The notes: generated by a model from the letters alone, not told the origin. 64,000 bases of DNA from Camelus ferus (GCF_009834535.1 NC_045697.1:44084001-44148000), one strand, 5' to 3'; counted from the stretch's first letter, positions 46,916 through 60,733 are shown. Made by a program: numbers and translations.

Positions 46916-47813
46916 ATAAAGGAGTTATCAAATCACAAAAATGACATCGAGGAGCCTTAAATGCCTATTGCTAAGTGAAAGAAGCCAATCCAAAAAGGCT
47001 ACATATTGTGTGATTATAACTAAATGACTTTATGGAAAAGGCAAGACTATGGAGACAGTAAAAAGATCAGTGGTTGCTAGGGAGGGAGGAGGAGACGGAT
47101 GAATAGGTGGAACACGAGCTTTTAGGGCAGGGATACTTCTGAATGATACTATAACGGTGGATATATGTCATTTTTGCATTTGTCAAAAACCAAAGATAAA
47201 CAATACAAAGAGTGAACCTTAATGGAAACGATGGACTTTGGTTGATAATGAGGTGTCAGTGCTGATTCCTTGATTGTACCAGATACACTACTGTGGTGCA
47301 GGATGTTGACAGTGGGGAGGCAGCATTTGAGGGGTGAGAGAGGGAGGTATGTGAAAACTCTCTAAATTTTTCACTCAGATTTTCTGTGAACCTAAAACTG
47401 CTCTAATAAATAAAATCTATTTTTAAAAAATCAAAATTTCGTGAAAGGTTAAAAAAAAAAAAAAAAAGCAAAAGACAAAGTCTGACAGCCTAAGAGAAAA
47501 ATGGGCAAATGACATAGACAGGAATAGACAGGAAAAGTGACAGAGAAGGAAATATGGATGTCCCGTAACCATATTAAAAAAAGATGTCCAATGTTATTTA
47601 TAGTATGAGAAATGCAAATTATAACTCTCCAGAGCTGACATTTTTCACCTATCATACTGCCAAACATTTAAAACCATTGGAAGGGCAGCAGCTGTAGGAC
47701 AGCAGTCTGTAGGGCAGCAGCTACTCATATATTACTCTTGGAAGTGTGAAAAGGCACACTTGACATGGAGAGCAACTTGGCAGTATCCATCAAAATTAAA
47801 AATACATTTATCC

Positions 47814-47945
47814 TGGGAGGAGGGTATAGCTCAAGTGGTAGGTCCCAGGTTCAATCACCAGTGCCTCCATCAAATAAATAATTAAATGAACCGAATCCCC
47901 CCCCCTGCAAAAAAAAACTAAAAACAAAAAAACCTTAAAAAAAAG
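47814..47945 (+). mobile_element. tRNA-derived SINE (camelid type), internally deleted
   Basis: gggaggagggtatagctcaagtggta|ggtcccaggttcaatcaccagtgcctcc plus A-rich tail; flanking repeat tacattta. Confidence 0.8.
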
Positions 47946-48804
47946 AGGATTAAAAAAATTTACATTTACTGTTTAACACAGCAGTTTTACTTCTGGAAAT
48001 TTATAGCTTTCCTTGCCCACGAGTGAAACAACATGTATATATGACCACTTATTTCAGCATTGTTTGTAAAAATAGAAGATTAGAAACAACTCAGGTATTC
48101 ATCAGCTGTGGCCTAAGTAATAAATTATGGTACATTTTACAATGGAATTCTGTACTATGTGACTGCATTTATGTAAAATAAAGTGTTTTTTTGTTTTTGT
48201 TTTTTTAAGCTATAGTACAGTACCTCTTGAACTTTTCTACCAAAGTAACTTTAACAGAGAGAATGTAAAATAGTGGCTTGGAGTGACCATTTAAAAAAAT
48301 TTTTTTTTCTGCTTTATCTTTAAAATCTGTGGGTTTACTGTATTCTCTTCTGTGTTAGTTTTAATTTAAAATTAATTTTTCAAACTGTTCTTATCATTGA
48401 GTAATCCTGCTCCGGGAAGAAACAACTTGTTTATTATATGCTTCTGTCCTCTGACACACTGCCACCCATACTGTCTTGTCGGAGAAGCATATTGTGTACC
48501 AAGGTTAATTAACCAAATACTACCCTTGTTTTTGCAAGTTTCTTTCCAGACTGATTTTTCAGCTGAAGGGCTATCATTGTAAATAGGATAGCCCTATATT
48601 TGTCTCAAAATAATTAAACAAGTTTTTCTTCTTTCTAATGTTGAACATTCCCAGCAAATGATACCTAAACCCATTTGATTTATTGACATTGCAGCATTAC
48701 TAATGATGTATTGGTTTGTCCGGTATATTTCTATGTAAAAAATGTTTCTGTGTTCTATATTACATGTTCAGTATATTTCTATGTGAAATATTCTCTTTAT
48801 CAGG

Positions 48805-48883
48805 ATGAAGTTAAAGGAAGTAGATCGTACAGCCATGCAGGCATGGAGCCCTGCCCAGAATCATCCCATTTACCTAGCTACAG
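48805..48883 (+). CDS. SEC31A: SEC31A (COPII outer coat) first canonical coding exon
   Basis: tttatcag|[30 protein letters not shown], donor G|gtaagt; 79 nt. Confidence 0.96.
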
Positions 48884-49541
48884 GTAAGTTCAACAGAGAG
48901 AAGATAGTATGAATTACCTAATTTCTTCTCTTCCACATCTGACTTACTTATACTTGTCCTTCAAACTTCATCTCCTCTAGAAAGCCTCTCCTTCCCTGGC
49001 GAGGTATGTCCAACCTTATTAGCTGAGTTCATTGACCATCCTTTATGCTTGTACATCATAGCATTAATCATGGTATATTAATGTATAGTGCCTTCCCTAC
49101 TTTATAAGAATTGTGTTTTATCTTTATTCTTTCATTATTAAGCACAATAGATAACATGTAAAAAAAGTTAATAAATATCAATTTGAATGAATGAAGAACA
49201 GTTTTGATGCCAGCATTTTTATATAAAAAGAGTTGGTGTTATATCATTTGTGACTATAAACATGGGACTGTTCTTACAGAGAGGTTTTAAAATATCTATA
49301 GGCTTAAAAAATTACCTGCATTACCGACTCTTACAAACATCATTTCTGAGCCTCAAGTCAGAATCTTACTGCTATAGTAATTTAAGCATCTGCTCGATGT
49401 TGTATGTGCAGAGATTGCAGCCACTAATGCAGCAATCATGAATGAGATAATTGAAAAACATGCATTTAATTTCTGTTTTACATGGTCTTCTGAGTCTTTT
49501 CTTTCTCGCATATGTAGTTACCATAAATGTATTTTTTATAG

Positions 49542-49665
49542 GAACATCTGCTCAACAATTGGATGCAACATTTAGTACCAATGCTTCCCTTGAGATATTT
49601 GAATTAGACCTTTCTGATCCATCCTTGGATATGAAATCTTGTGCCACTTTCTCTTCTTCTCACAG
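49542..49665 (+). CDS. SEC31A: SEC31A coding exon 2
   Basis: ttttatag|[47 protein letters not shown]; donor gtatga; 124 nt. Confidence 0.96.
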
Positions 49666-51091
49666 GTATGAGATTCAACCTTAAATTCACATGATTATTT
49701 AATTATATTTTGTGGTTGATGCCTGGCATGTCTGTAAATGTTCCGTTAATAGAAACTGCAAGGAATACCGTCAATGACATGACATATTTTGTGAAAAAAA
49801 TATATGAGAGAATTTCTATGGAAGTAAAAGAAGTGTCTATATGTTCTGTTGAATTTTTTACTACTGACTGTTTTGTGTAGGTTAAGAAGGAGAGGCTCTA
49901 GTTTCTAGTATTTTTTTTTTCTCACGATATAGTAGAATTATTTTTTTCTATCTCCTGTATCTCGTCTGTTTACAAAAAAAGGTAGGTATGACTAGAAAAA
50001 GGAGTAGTTGGATGAATATTAAGATGTTAGCAGTGATTATTTCTGAACGGAGGTTGTTTTTATTTTTTCCCCTGTATCTGTATTTAAAAATACATTTTCC
50101 TTGAATCTGTATCTAAAAATAATACTTCACAAAGAATTTTGTTGACATGATTTCTGATACAGCAGATATTTAGATCACCTATCCAAGCACTTAAGCCATA
50201 TTGGAACACAGGGAAGGACACTTTCATTTGAGTAGTAAAATATGCTTTTTGCCTCAATGGCATGGCAGATCTGGGGGAAGAGATTGTACCTTAGCTAAGA
50301 GAATACAGCTCAAATCATCGAGTCTCATGGGACCTCTCATATTCTTCCAAGTCCTCCACCCACTGTGATGGGAACCCCAAATACCTTTTGTCGAACAGTT
50401 TTTCTGCTCACCACCGTTTGTCTCATTGTGTATCTCCATGCCACCTCCGTGCCAAACCATAATCTTTTATCCTCCGCCAATGGGGTACTTGTCTTAATGA
50501 CATAATTTTTCACTTTTCTGTCACTTTTCTACTGTCAGAATACGTTATTTTTCTTAGAAAATGTCAGATGACTCCCTTAACACCTTTACTATTTAAGAGA
50601 CAACTTGTTAGTACTTCTTTTGTCAGATAAAATCAAGGGAAGTGGTTGATTAGCTCTATTTTATAAATGAATCAAAAGCAGCTTAGGAAGATTAAGTAAC
50701 TGACCTGGGGTCTCAAAGGTTCTAAATGGTAAAACCATTCTTAAGCTCATGTTTTTGTTTGTCTGTTTCATTTTCTTTCTTTTTAAATTTTGGCAGGGGG
50801 AGTGTTTCATTTTTTATTAAGCTCATATTTTTTGACACAAGCAAATATGCTTTGTCATATTATATTAGCTCTACAAGTTTATACTCTTCAAGATTACAAA
50901 ATAAAACATGTACATGTAAGTATAAATAAAAACTAAAAGGCCATTTCACCAAGTTATGCACAATTACCAGGAATAGAGGAGAGGCAATGTTTTTAGTGTA
51001 TTTATGAAAATAATTAAGTGTATAATTTCAAATTCTTTTCTATATTTATTTGACTTCAAAAAGGAGTTATTTTATTCATTTTCTCTTAAAG

Positions 51092-51290
51092 GTACCACAA
51101 GTTGATTTGGGGGCCTCATAAGATGGATTCGAAGGGAAATGTCTCTGGAGTCCTTATTGCAGGTGGTGAAAATGGAAATATTATTCTTTATGATCCTTCG
51201 AAAATTATAGCTGGCGAAAAGGAAGTTGTGATTGCCCAGAATGACAAACATACTGGCCCAGTGAGAGCCTTGGATGTGAACATTTTCCAG
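51092..51290 (+). CDS. SEC31A: SEC31A coding exon 3 (WD40)
   Basis: YHKLIWGPHKMDSKGNVSGVLIAGGENGNIILYDPSKIIAGEKEVVIAQNDKHTGPVRALDVNIFQ; donor gttaga; 199 nt. Confidence 0.96.
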
Positions 51291-52774
51291 GTTAGACTTC
51301 TGACATTTATTCATAATTCTTGAGATATGTGTTACTTATTTGAAATAAGTCTATGAATCTACTCTGCCTCAGTCTTGGAATTGAAAGCTGAAACTGTGCC
51401 TGTGCAGGTTGATAAATAAGTGTATTTGAAGAATGGAGGGTTCAGATTTGGGTTCACAGTGAATTGATACTAACTCCATGGAATGGATCAGGCTGATGGG
51501 TTTAATTCTAGAAGTCTGGAGATGTCATCTTATTGGACATTTTTTATTTTTTGTTTCTTTTTTTGTTATTGGACATTTTTTAAACATTAGGAACCTCAAA
51601 GGTTGGAAACCTTGCCTTTTAAAAGTTTGTGTTAGTACAGCATTAGTCGGGTACAATGGTATGTGGCTTAATCTACTGTTTTGTTAGTTGATAAATGCTG
51701 TATTTTTGACAAAGAGGTTATTACCCTTATCAAGTAATTATAAATATACACAAATATAGTACAGATTTAATAAATAGGCAGTTAAGAGGCTTTCTACTAT
51801 TGTCATCATAAATATTGCTGAATATTAGTTATAAAAATTATAGATAGGCTAATAAATATCTTGAGTTAATAGGATACTAGAGTATAACCAAAAATGAATA
51901 TTATCTAAGTTTAAAATAGTTATTTTTCTTACATTATAAATAGATACTTCGGGTCTACAAATACAGAAACCCAAACTTTTTCATTTCTGCAGTTTATGGT
52001 GTCTACTCTTTAGATTAGATACCTAATTTCTCTGTTAATTGGATTAAACAGCTGCAGATTTTTGGTTAGTATCTTCTATTATAGGTGACTGCTACCATAG
52101 AATTCCTCTATTTTCATAATTATATGTCAGTTTTTTATGAGAGTGAGCTTTAAAGGATGAAGATCAATGTATGAACCTCATTATCTTCCTATACTTCATA
52201 TCAGTTTTAGGGTCTTTTTGACCCCACAGGTATATGACAGAGATAACCTAGAAATACTGCCACCCGGAACAAGATTGAGCATAAATGAAATAGAAATATA
52301 TGAGCATTTAAGACGAGAGATATGACTAGCTCTGTCTTGGTCCAGCTCCTGAGGCTGTCTTTGAGGTATCCTGAGATAGATGCCATTATTTTAGGATTTG
52401 GCAGTTTGTCTAAAAGCGATAATTGGTGACCAGTTTAGTCTCCCACAATCAGACCCCCTTCCAGAGATGAAAACCACAAGTAATAATTCCTGTCTGGTTG
52501 CATTAAGAATTTACCCATGTAATTATTTTTTAATGTATTAAAATATCAGTAGACATATTATCTTTTTAGTTTAGTAGAATTTTATTATACGTTTCTTTAA
52601 AAACACTTTTAATTTTGGATTTTTATGCATAGTTTTTAGGAATTCATACATTTTGCCTTTTTAATTAAATAGAAAAATTATAGGCCTTAAAATGGACAGA
52701 TCTTTCCAGCTCTGAACTGAGTTTTCTTAATTATTTGTAAGTACTATTTAGTTATTAATTGTTTCTTACTGCAG

Positions 52775-52870
52775 ACTAATCTGGTGGCCTCTGGTGCTAA
52801 TGAATCTGAAATCTACATTTGGGATCTAAACAATTTTGCAACTCCAATGACACCAGGAGCCAAAACACAG
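52775..52870 (+). CDS. SEC31A: SEC31A coding exon 4 (WD40)
   Basis: [36 protein letters not shown] ends; 96 nt. Confidence 0.96.
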
Positions 52871-53779
52871 GTATTACATTGATTTCAATATAATCAAAAG
52901 AACCAAAATTAAGTTTTTCTACACTTATTTCAGTATTTTTCATACAAAATATAGTTATTAAAATTAGTGTTTAGATGTCATTGATTTTCCTTCAGCACAG
53001 TGAACTATTAGTAAATATGTTTCTTCAGAGTATCAAAGAACCCTTCAGCAGCAAATATTTATTTAGTACTTACCACCTGCCAGACCTTGTTTGATGTACT
53101 AGACTTACGGTAGTAAATAAAATCGATGGGTCTTTAATAGTTTTCTTAGGTATAATACTTCATATAGTATAGAATTTTACATCATATAGTATTTTAACAA
53201 TATCCAACCTTAGAATAAACATCATAGAGTAGAAAGAAAACTTACTTAAAAAAAAAATCTCAACCCATTTCCTCTGTATTTCTAATAAGCTGGGAAAGAG
53301 TCCTCCCACTGCCTCCTTGAGTTTCTTAATGTTGTATAGACTGCTCAATTTGAGTAGCCAATATAATGGTCCCTAACATTTTGGGAGGTAGCATAATAAT
53401 AGTGTATGAACCACCATTTACAAAGATAGTCTTCTAGGTTAGGCTGTAATTTTTGCTCCTAGTTGTCTGTCATATTGATGAATATCTACTTGGTGGTCTG
53501 TTTTCTACCTTGGGGCAGTTGCAAAATAAAGAAACAGTGCTCGATTTGTAATAGGAGCTTAATAAATTCCTGGTGAATAAACAAGGTAAAATACTAGAAT
53601 TGGCATATACCTGAACTTTAAGCTATATATCATATACATTGAGAACTTAAGAATATAAAAGCAGATTTGTGGAATGAATAGATCAGATTTTTAGGTAATC
53701 CATTTTTAAAAAGAATTAGATTTTGTAGTTAAATTTGATTATAATTGAGAAATGGTTTTTAGTAATTTATTCCTTATAG

Positions 53780-53920
53780 CCCCCAGAAGATATTAGCTGC
53801 ATTGCATGGAACAGACAAGTTCAGCATATTTTAGCATCTGCCAGTCCCAGTGGCCGGGCCACTGTGTGGGATCTTAGAAAAAATGAACCTATCATCAAAG
53901 TCAGTGATCATAGTAACAGG
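53780..53920 (+). CDS. SEC31A: SEC31A coding exon 5 (WD40)
   Basis: [47 protein letters not shown]; donor gtaagt; 141 nt. Confidence 0.96.
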
Positions 53921-54221
53921 GTAAGTATATGATTGATTTGTAACATACATGTTTTATTTCTGATGTAGGTATTCTTATATTGTTTCTCAGAATTGGCAAC
54001 AAATCAAATTTCTGTGAAATCAAATCTTGTCTTTTTATAGACCAATCATGTTGGAATGAGAGGTTTTTTCCTTTGGGGAAAATAATAAAATTCCTACTAA
54101 ACCATTCTGGATATATTAATGAAGAGAGAGTTTGGTTAATCAAGGGGGTTATTCCATGGTATACTGGTTGTTTTGCTTTGCTAGCAGTTCCAAAGCATTA
54201 ACAGCAATCTTTTGTGAGTAG

Positions 54222-54338
54222 GGGTGTGTGTGTGTGTGTGGTGGGGGGAGGTAGTTAGGTCTGTTTGTTTGTTTGTTTATTTCATGGAGGCACTGGGGAT
54301 TGAACCCAGGACCTTACCGCTGAGCTATACCCTCCCCC
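54222..54338 (-). mobile_element. tRNA-derived SINE (camelid type), internally deleted
   Basis: atggaggcactggggattgaacccaggacc|ttaccgctgagctataccctccccc; imperfect flanking repeat aacagcaatcttt/aatagcaaccttt. Confidence 0.8.
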
Positions 54339-55356
54339 AATAGCAACCTTTCAATTCATCTTTAGCTTTCTCTGGAGTGTAACAATTTTCCCTGCTAGTA
54401 ATTTTATGACTGTGAACCTGTAGTTTACAGGCTCCTGGCTTCATCTTTTCTGATTAGAAACTGCTAAAGTGAGCTAGTACTTTTCTCCAACTTGGCCAGT
54501 AGATGCTGTATAACACATTAAATTTTTGACTTTACAGATTCATTAATATTATGTCATCCTGTGCTGTAAAGTAATTTAGACACAGTTTAGGCCTTATTTT
54601 GTTAATTTGTTTTCATTTACATTGTTTAGTTGGACATTTAAAAAAAAGAGTTTCCCTAAATCAATACATACATAATTTAAAAACAACAACAACAAAAACT
54701 ATTTAGAATAATATTTCTTCAGGGTATTGTTTTTCAGTGAGTCATGAATTTTAGAACAAATTTCAGTGGAATAAAGTATACCATATGCATGTCAGTCATC
54801 TTCTGGAACATTTAATAGGATCTGGGCTTCAGGCATTTCTCAATAATAATTGTAAATTATTCCATGTGAAAACTTAAATAGTAGTTGTTGCTTTAGATCT
54901 TTTTCTTGATTTTTCTGATAAAACAGAGGAAAGAGATGGATTTTTTGGTCATTAAAATCTTTTATCTTTTTATTTTCATTTTTTCTGAAAGTATTAAATT
55001 TTAAATTTATGTAAAACTTTTTTCCTAGTTACAATTTGGACAGGAAAACTCATTTTCAGTATAGAATTATTGTGGCCCAGAATGGCTTTGTATATCCAAG
55101 AGCTGGATGAATTGAAAATATTTAAGCAAGTTACTTTAAAGACTACTGTTTAAGAGTGTTTAATAAAATTTAATAGTTTTATTTTTTTAATAAACTGAAT
55201 TTTTAACAAATAAAAAAAATCAATTAAAATAAATAATTTTTTAATAAGCCTGAGCTAATGTTTTATGCTATTTCAACAGAAGCATATTCTTCATTTTCAT
55301 TTTGGCTTTTCAAGAAGTAGTATGATTGATAAAATGTGAGCCTTAACTATCTACAG

Positions 55357-55499
55357 ATGCATTGCTCTGGGCTGGCGTGGCATCCTGATGTTGCTACTCA
55401 AATGGTCCTTGCCTCTGAGGATGATAGGTTACCAGTAGTCCAGATGTGGGATCTGCGCTTTGCCTCCTCTCCACTCCGTGTCCTGGAAAACCATGCCAG
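55357..55499 (+). CDS. SEC31A: SEC31A coding exon 6 (WD40)
   Basis: [48 protein letters not shown]; donor gtaaca; 143 nt. Confidence 0.96.
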
Positions 55500-57484
55500 G
55501 TAACATGCTCCTGTTCCAAGGACCTTGATTTGTTAATTTTTAAAAATGTATTTACTTACTACTTTGAATTATCAGATAGTTTTTTAAAATTAGGGAATCT
55601 ACTTTGTCTCTATCTTGTAAAAGTTAGTGTAAATGGTTTGTTTTCATTTTAAGCAATAGTCATCTGATTTTCTATACCAAACAATGGTAGCCAATTCATA
55701 TTACAACAGCATGAAAATGTGTTAACGGATTTTCCACTACTTGTTTGAAGTAATGATTAATAGGTCAAAATTCTAGTGTAACAACACTTTGGGACAACTC
55801 TTGGGACAACAGTTATACAGTTTCATCTTTATTTCAGTCATACTTATGAAGAGTCTTTCCTAACATTAAATGTCAAGCAACAAATGAAAGTTTGTTTTAC
55901 TTTCGAGTGTCTATCTTAATTTAAAGGGAAACATTTTTGAGAAATTAGGTGGTTCATTCTGCTTTCAGTTTTAATAAATGTGTGGATGCTCTAAAAAGAT
56001 ACGAGAATTTTCTTGTGTTAGTTTCAGTAGCATTAAATTTAGTTTGTAGTTGTACAGATTTCCTATTATTGATATTCAGGTATCCAGGGAGTTTACACAT
56101 ATTTGTTCAATGTTTTTAAACACAAAACAAATCCCTTTTAATGTTACAGTGTTTTGTAAGTACTTTGGGCTTTTTTCTTCTTTTATATTTAAGGATATAG
56201 ACATTTTAAATCTTTTTCCCCCCCTAAGTAGTGGAATTACATACTTTAAGAAGTCTTAAAATGTATGATCTCTCCTTTAGCTTCTGATAAAGGAGAAGAA
56301 CCTAGTCAAAGTATAATCCTATTTAGATGTTGTGCTTCAATTAACTTTTTAGTAAAGAAGGGATAATTCTGAGAAGTTTTAATGTTTTTCTCATGTTTGG
56401 TAAGGTTTTATTTATTCATTCAACACATGCTTATTGAACATGTGCTCTGTGCCAAGTACTGTACTAGGATTCAGTAATATATCAGACAAAAATTCCTGCC
56501 CTCAGGGAGCTTACAGTGCAGTGGGAGGACAACTAACATTTATGTAGCATGTAAAGTATGCAAGTACTTTAAATGTTAGCTTGATTAATCCTCATAACAA
56601 ACCTATGGTGTAAGTCCTATTATCCCATTTTACACATCGGAAATTGAGGCTCAGCAAGGCTAAGCTTGGCCTAGGTCACAAAACTAGTCAAATGCTGACT
56701 TGTAATCCAAAACATTCTGATCCCAGTATCCATGCTCTTAACACTATATTCTACTGCCAGTTTTAGAAGTGGTCATAATTTAGCAAGACAGAATACCATA
56801 GTAGGTTCCAGGAGCAAATCAACCTCTTGAGTTCTCAGTTTTCTCCCTCTAATAAATTTAAGAGTTGGATTATGTGATTTTTAAAATCCCTTTCAGTTCT
56901 ACAGTTCAGCAATTTTTTTTAATACTTAGTAAGAACTTAAGTGTTCCTTAAAATGCAGTATTAAATATGACATTGATTTCTTTAAAAAGGCATTCTTGAC
57001 ATACCTTGAAATTTTTGACATGCATGATTGGATTCTAAAGGGAGGAGACAATACACCTTCATTATTGTTAACAACTGGGGAAAGTTGAATATGGACTCTA
57101 AAGTATTGCATATAAATAATAAATATTTTCAATATGTAATTATATTGTGGTTATATAGGAGAATGTTCTTATCTCCAGAGATAAGTGTAGGGGTGACATA
57201 TCATAATATTTGCATTTAATTCTCAAATGGTCAAAATACACATGTAGAGAAAGAGAAAGAGAAAGACAGTAGGTGCAGCCAAATCAGTGAATCTAGATGA
57301 CGAGTGTAAGGGTGTACATCACACCATTCCTTAAAGTTTTTACAAAGACTTTAATGTTTTAAAAATAAAATGGGAGAGAAAAGGCATTCTTAAACTATTT
57401 GGGTTCTTTTCCTATACTATATTTTCCTGATTCTGAGACAACTGAGATTAAAAGAAATACCATCAAATTAAAAACAGCTTTTAA

Positions 57485-57630
57485 GGAGGAAGATGTAGTT
57501 CAAGTGGTAGAGCACATGCTTAGCATGCACAGGGTCCTGGGTTCAATCCCCAGTTCCACCTCTAAAAGTAAGTAAGCAAATAAATAAGTAACCCTAATTA
57601 CTCCACCAAAAAAAACTTGAAAGAAAAAAA
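57485..57630 (+). mobile_element. tRNA-derived SINE (camelid type)
   Basis: ggaggaagatgtagttcaagtggtagagcacatgcttagcatgcacagggtcctgggttcaatccccagttccacc plus A-rich tail. Confidence 0.8.
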
Positions 57631-58744
57631 CAACCAACTTTCAGGGGAAAGAAAAACAATGCTAAATATATACATTGACAGTGAGATTTATCTTTATTTT
57701 GGAAATTGGAAAAAAAACTATGCATCTTAGGACTACTGTAATGTTTTCAGGAGAATTGAGGAATATTGATTTGTATGTTTTTGTTTGAAGAAATACACAA
57801 ACATAGTTCTAGTTTCTGGTATTTTTCTAGAATCTAGTATTTACTAGTAGTATTTCTACTATTTTCAAGTTTCTGGGATTTAAATTGTAGTTTCTAGTAT
57901 TTTTCTTCATAGTGTGATAGCTTAACTTTCCTTCTTTCATCTCTTAAACAGCAGAGACATGAATGTAGAAAACGCAAACTATTATCTAGTGCATTTTTCT
58001 GGATAATGGGATACAAGTTTTTTTATTTTTATAGGGATGCTAATCTGATTTTTCAGAACATCCACCAAAAATATTACTTTCTTATATTTAAGATAAAAAA
58101 ATCCAAAAGCTATTAAAACACAAAAAATTGTAAAATCAGATCTTTAGTATTTAGATCTAGTATTTCTCTGTGATGAATTTAAAATATTTTCTTTTAATTA
58201 AAAAAACTTATATGCTAGATCTCCCCTGATAACAAAAGCTAGAAATATAAACAAAAAGTAGAAAATGTAAAATAATTAGATTTCCAACCCATCCATAGGT
58301 AAAATTTTTATTGTGCATATTTTTATTTATATACACATAACCCTACTTATGCAAATATTTAATATAATTGTATTTTTATACAAATTTATGTACATAGTTA
58401 ACCTTTTTTCATTGATTGGTGAAGACTGTCTAACAATAAGAAATCAATTTTTACAACATAATTTTTAACTACAGATTTTCTCATCAAAAGATGATCTGTA
58501 ATTTATTATTATGTAGTCACTGTTGTTGGGCATTTGTTTTAAATTTTTGCTGTTGCCGCACACTACATTGAATATCTTTGTAAAGATCAAAGAGCATACA
58601 CATTGCTAAACAGCTTTCTAGCAAAATTATATATGAAATTATACTTCTGTTAGCAGTGTGTGTCTCCAAACCCCTGACAGAAATAATTTGGCGGTTTGAT
58701 TTTCTCAAGATTAAAAATTACTTATCTCTTTGGGTTTTTTATAG

Positions 58745-58844
58745 GGGGATTTTGGCAATTGCTTGGAGCATGGCAGATCCTGAATTGTTGCTGAGCTGTG
58801 GGAAAGATGCTAAGATTCTCTGCTCCAACCCAAACACAGGAGAG
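58745..58844 (+). CDS. SEC31A: SEC31A coding exon 7 (WD40)
   Basis: GILAIAWSMADPELLLSCGKDAKILCSNPNTGE; donor gtatgg; 100 nt. Confidence 0.96.
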
Positions 58845-60733
58845 GTATGGGGAGGAAATGTTTCTCAGACTTACAGCTCTCGTAGTATTTTATCTCTAGC
58901 TGAGTAAGAAAATTTCCGTATGGATTCTTTACTGCATGTTTACAATTAAGGACATGTGAGAGTAGATGGACATGTGTGTAAAATGTTAATCTAACAGAGA
59001 TTTTGTCATGAACATTGTCTAAACTCAGCTGTTTCATCTGGGAATATCAGTCATTGAAAATAGTGTATTTGAACCTAGTAATCACTCCCCAATAAAAGGT
59101 GTTAACCTAAACTTGGAAATGATTCATTTAATGTGATTTCTGGAAACCAGTGTCTTCAGAGTAGAAGTGTTCAAGGTTTGGGTCTTTTTCTGGCTTTGCC
59201 TTTTTAGGTCCTCTTTGATTTTTGGAAATCAATGGATGCAGGTTTTTACTCTCTCTTCTGAACTGTACAGCAAGAATACTTTATAATAAAATATTTGTCA
59301 TATGTTCTACCCATGGAAATTTAGATGAGGGAATTTTACTTTATTAAATATAAATGTTATATAAATATAATTTTATTTGCTTTGGGTTGTGGGCTAAAAA
59401 TCTCTTGTAACTATTATTTTTATTCTTAATAATTTCCATCTTTTTCACTATTGGGCAAGAGAACATACATTTTAATTACAGCTTTTAAACTTTTATTGCA
59501 GATGCTTTTCTAGTTACCCTGATGGTATGCTGGTAAAAATAAGAGTATCTTCAATCACTTTTAATCTATAATATTAAAATTAAAACAAGCACTTTTGTTA
59601 TTTGATGTGTGGTTTTAAAGTTTTCAGGTGCAATGATGTCTGTAAGAATATAGAAAAATTAATGTTAGGGTAGATGAGAAAAAGACAATAAGTTTTGCCT
59701 CATTTGATTTGTAGGCCAAATAATAAAAATCTTGCATTTTACACTGTGCCTTCTCAAGTGAATTCAAAATTCGTGGAAATTAGGGTTCTAATTTTTTTAG
59801 TTATGTAATTTGATAAAATGATTTTTTGCGTATGCTTAGTTGTGTTTGCTTGGACTTTGAAGGAATAAACTTTTAGTGCATGCTGCAACTAAGAAAATGT
59901 AATAGATTTTTTATTTAAATGCAAATTAGAAATAGACAACTAATTCAAATATCAAGAATCTAATAGTCTTACCAATCAACTTAAGTGTTAAAGACTAGCA
60001 GGATAAATGCCTTTTCACTTAATTTTATTTTCTTATAAAAGAAAAAAATTATTTTAAATGTCACATGAAGCCAAAGTTAAGCTAATTTGACTTATTTCTT
60101 AAAGCTATAAAACCTGTAACCCTATGGGCATCAGTTACCATCACACTAACTTTGAGTTAGCAACAGTTATTACATTGTAAGGGTTTTATTTATATCAGCC
60201 ATTTTTAATACTTTTTCCATATTCTTCTTCTAAGGAAAAGTTACACAGTAATAAGAATGATGTAAACATGTTTTCTTACTTAACTGGAAGCCAAATTTCT
60301 CAGTGAATTCTTGCTTCTCAAAGTTTTTTATCTTGGTTTTTTGAGTGTTTTTTTTTTTAATTTGATCTTCAAATAAGCTAAATGTGGTTCTTTGAATCTT
60401 GGCAGGCAGAATCAGTTAGATGAGACCCTATTGGTCTTTGACTTAACAAGTTGACCCTAAGAGATTATTCTAGTCTTTCAGTTGCCACCTCTACTACCAT
60501 TTCAATAAAAACAAAAAAACTGCAGTTTTAAAGATGTGCTTATTCCAAATGTGGTCAAAATTTTGAGCAGCATTCCTCTTTATCATGATGGCGTTCTCTT
60601 GTACTTCAAAGAAATTTTTATAGTTGTTTCTCCTGGCTAGATACTTTCTAAAAGTACATGTTTAATTAAGTTGTACTTGTTGATCAAACTAATTAAAGTG
60701 AGTATACTTTTTTCTGCCTTTTTTTTGGGACAG

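Larger units (their letters stand above)
42860..48170 (+). mobile_element. Large old L1 remnant with nested insertions (younger L1 3' ends at about 43910-44170 and 46710-47430, two SINEs)
   Basis: A-rich L1 ORF2-like sequence (gatgcagctaaagcagtgctcagagaaaattc, aaagcaccaggctcagacg, tcatatggtcatctc) interrupted by other recognisable elements. Confidence 0.8.

Noticed and set aside
55341..55356. U12-type intron suggested by CCTTAAC 9 nt before the AG with no pyrimidine tract
   Set aside because: The donor at 53921 is GTAAGT (U2 type) and I found no RTATCCTT donor in the intron.
46768..57630. tRNA genes
   Set aside because: The tRNA-like heads have A-rich tails, flanking repeats and imperfect cloverleaves, so they are SINEs.
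57805..57905. Repeated tttctagtattt-like units resembling a spaced array
   Set aside because: Irregular low-complexity sequence with no constant period or spacers; not CRISPR-like.
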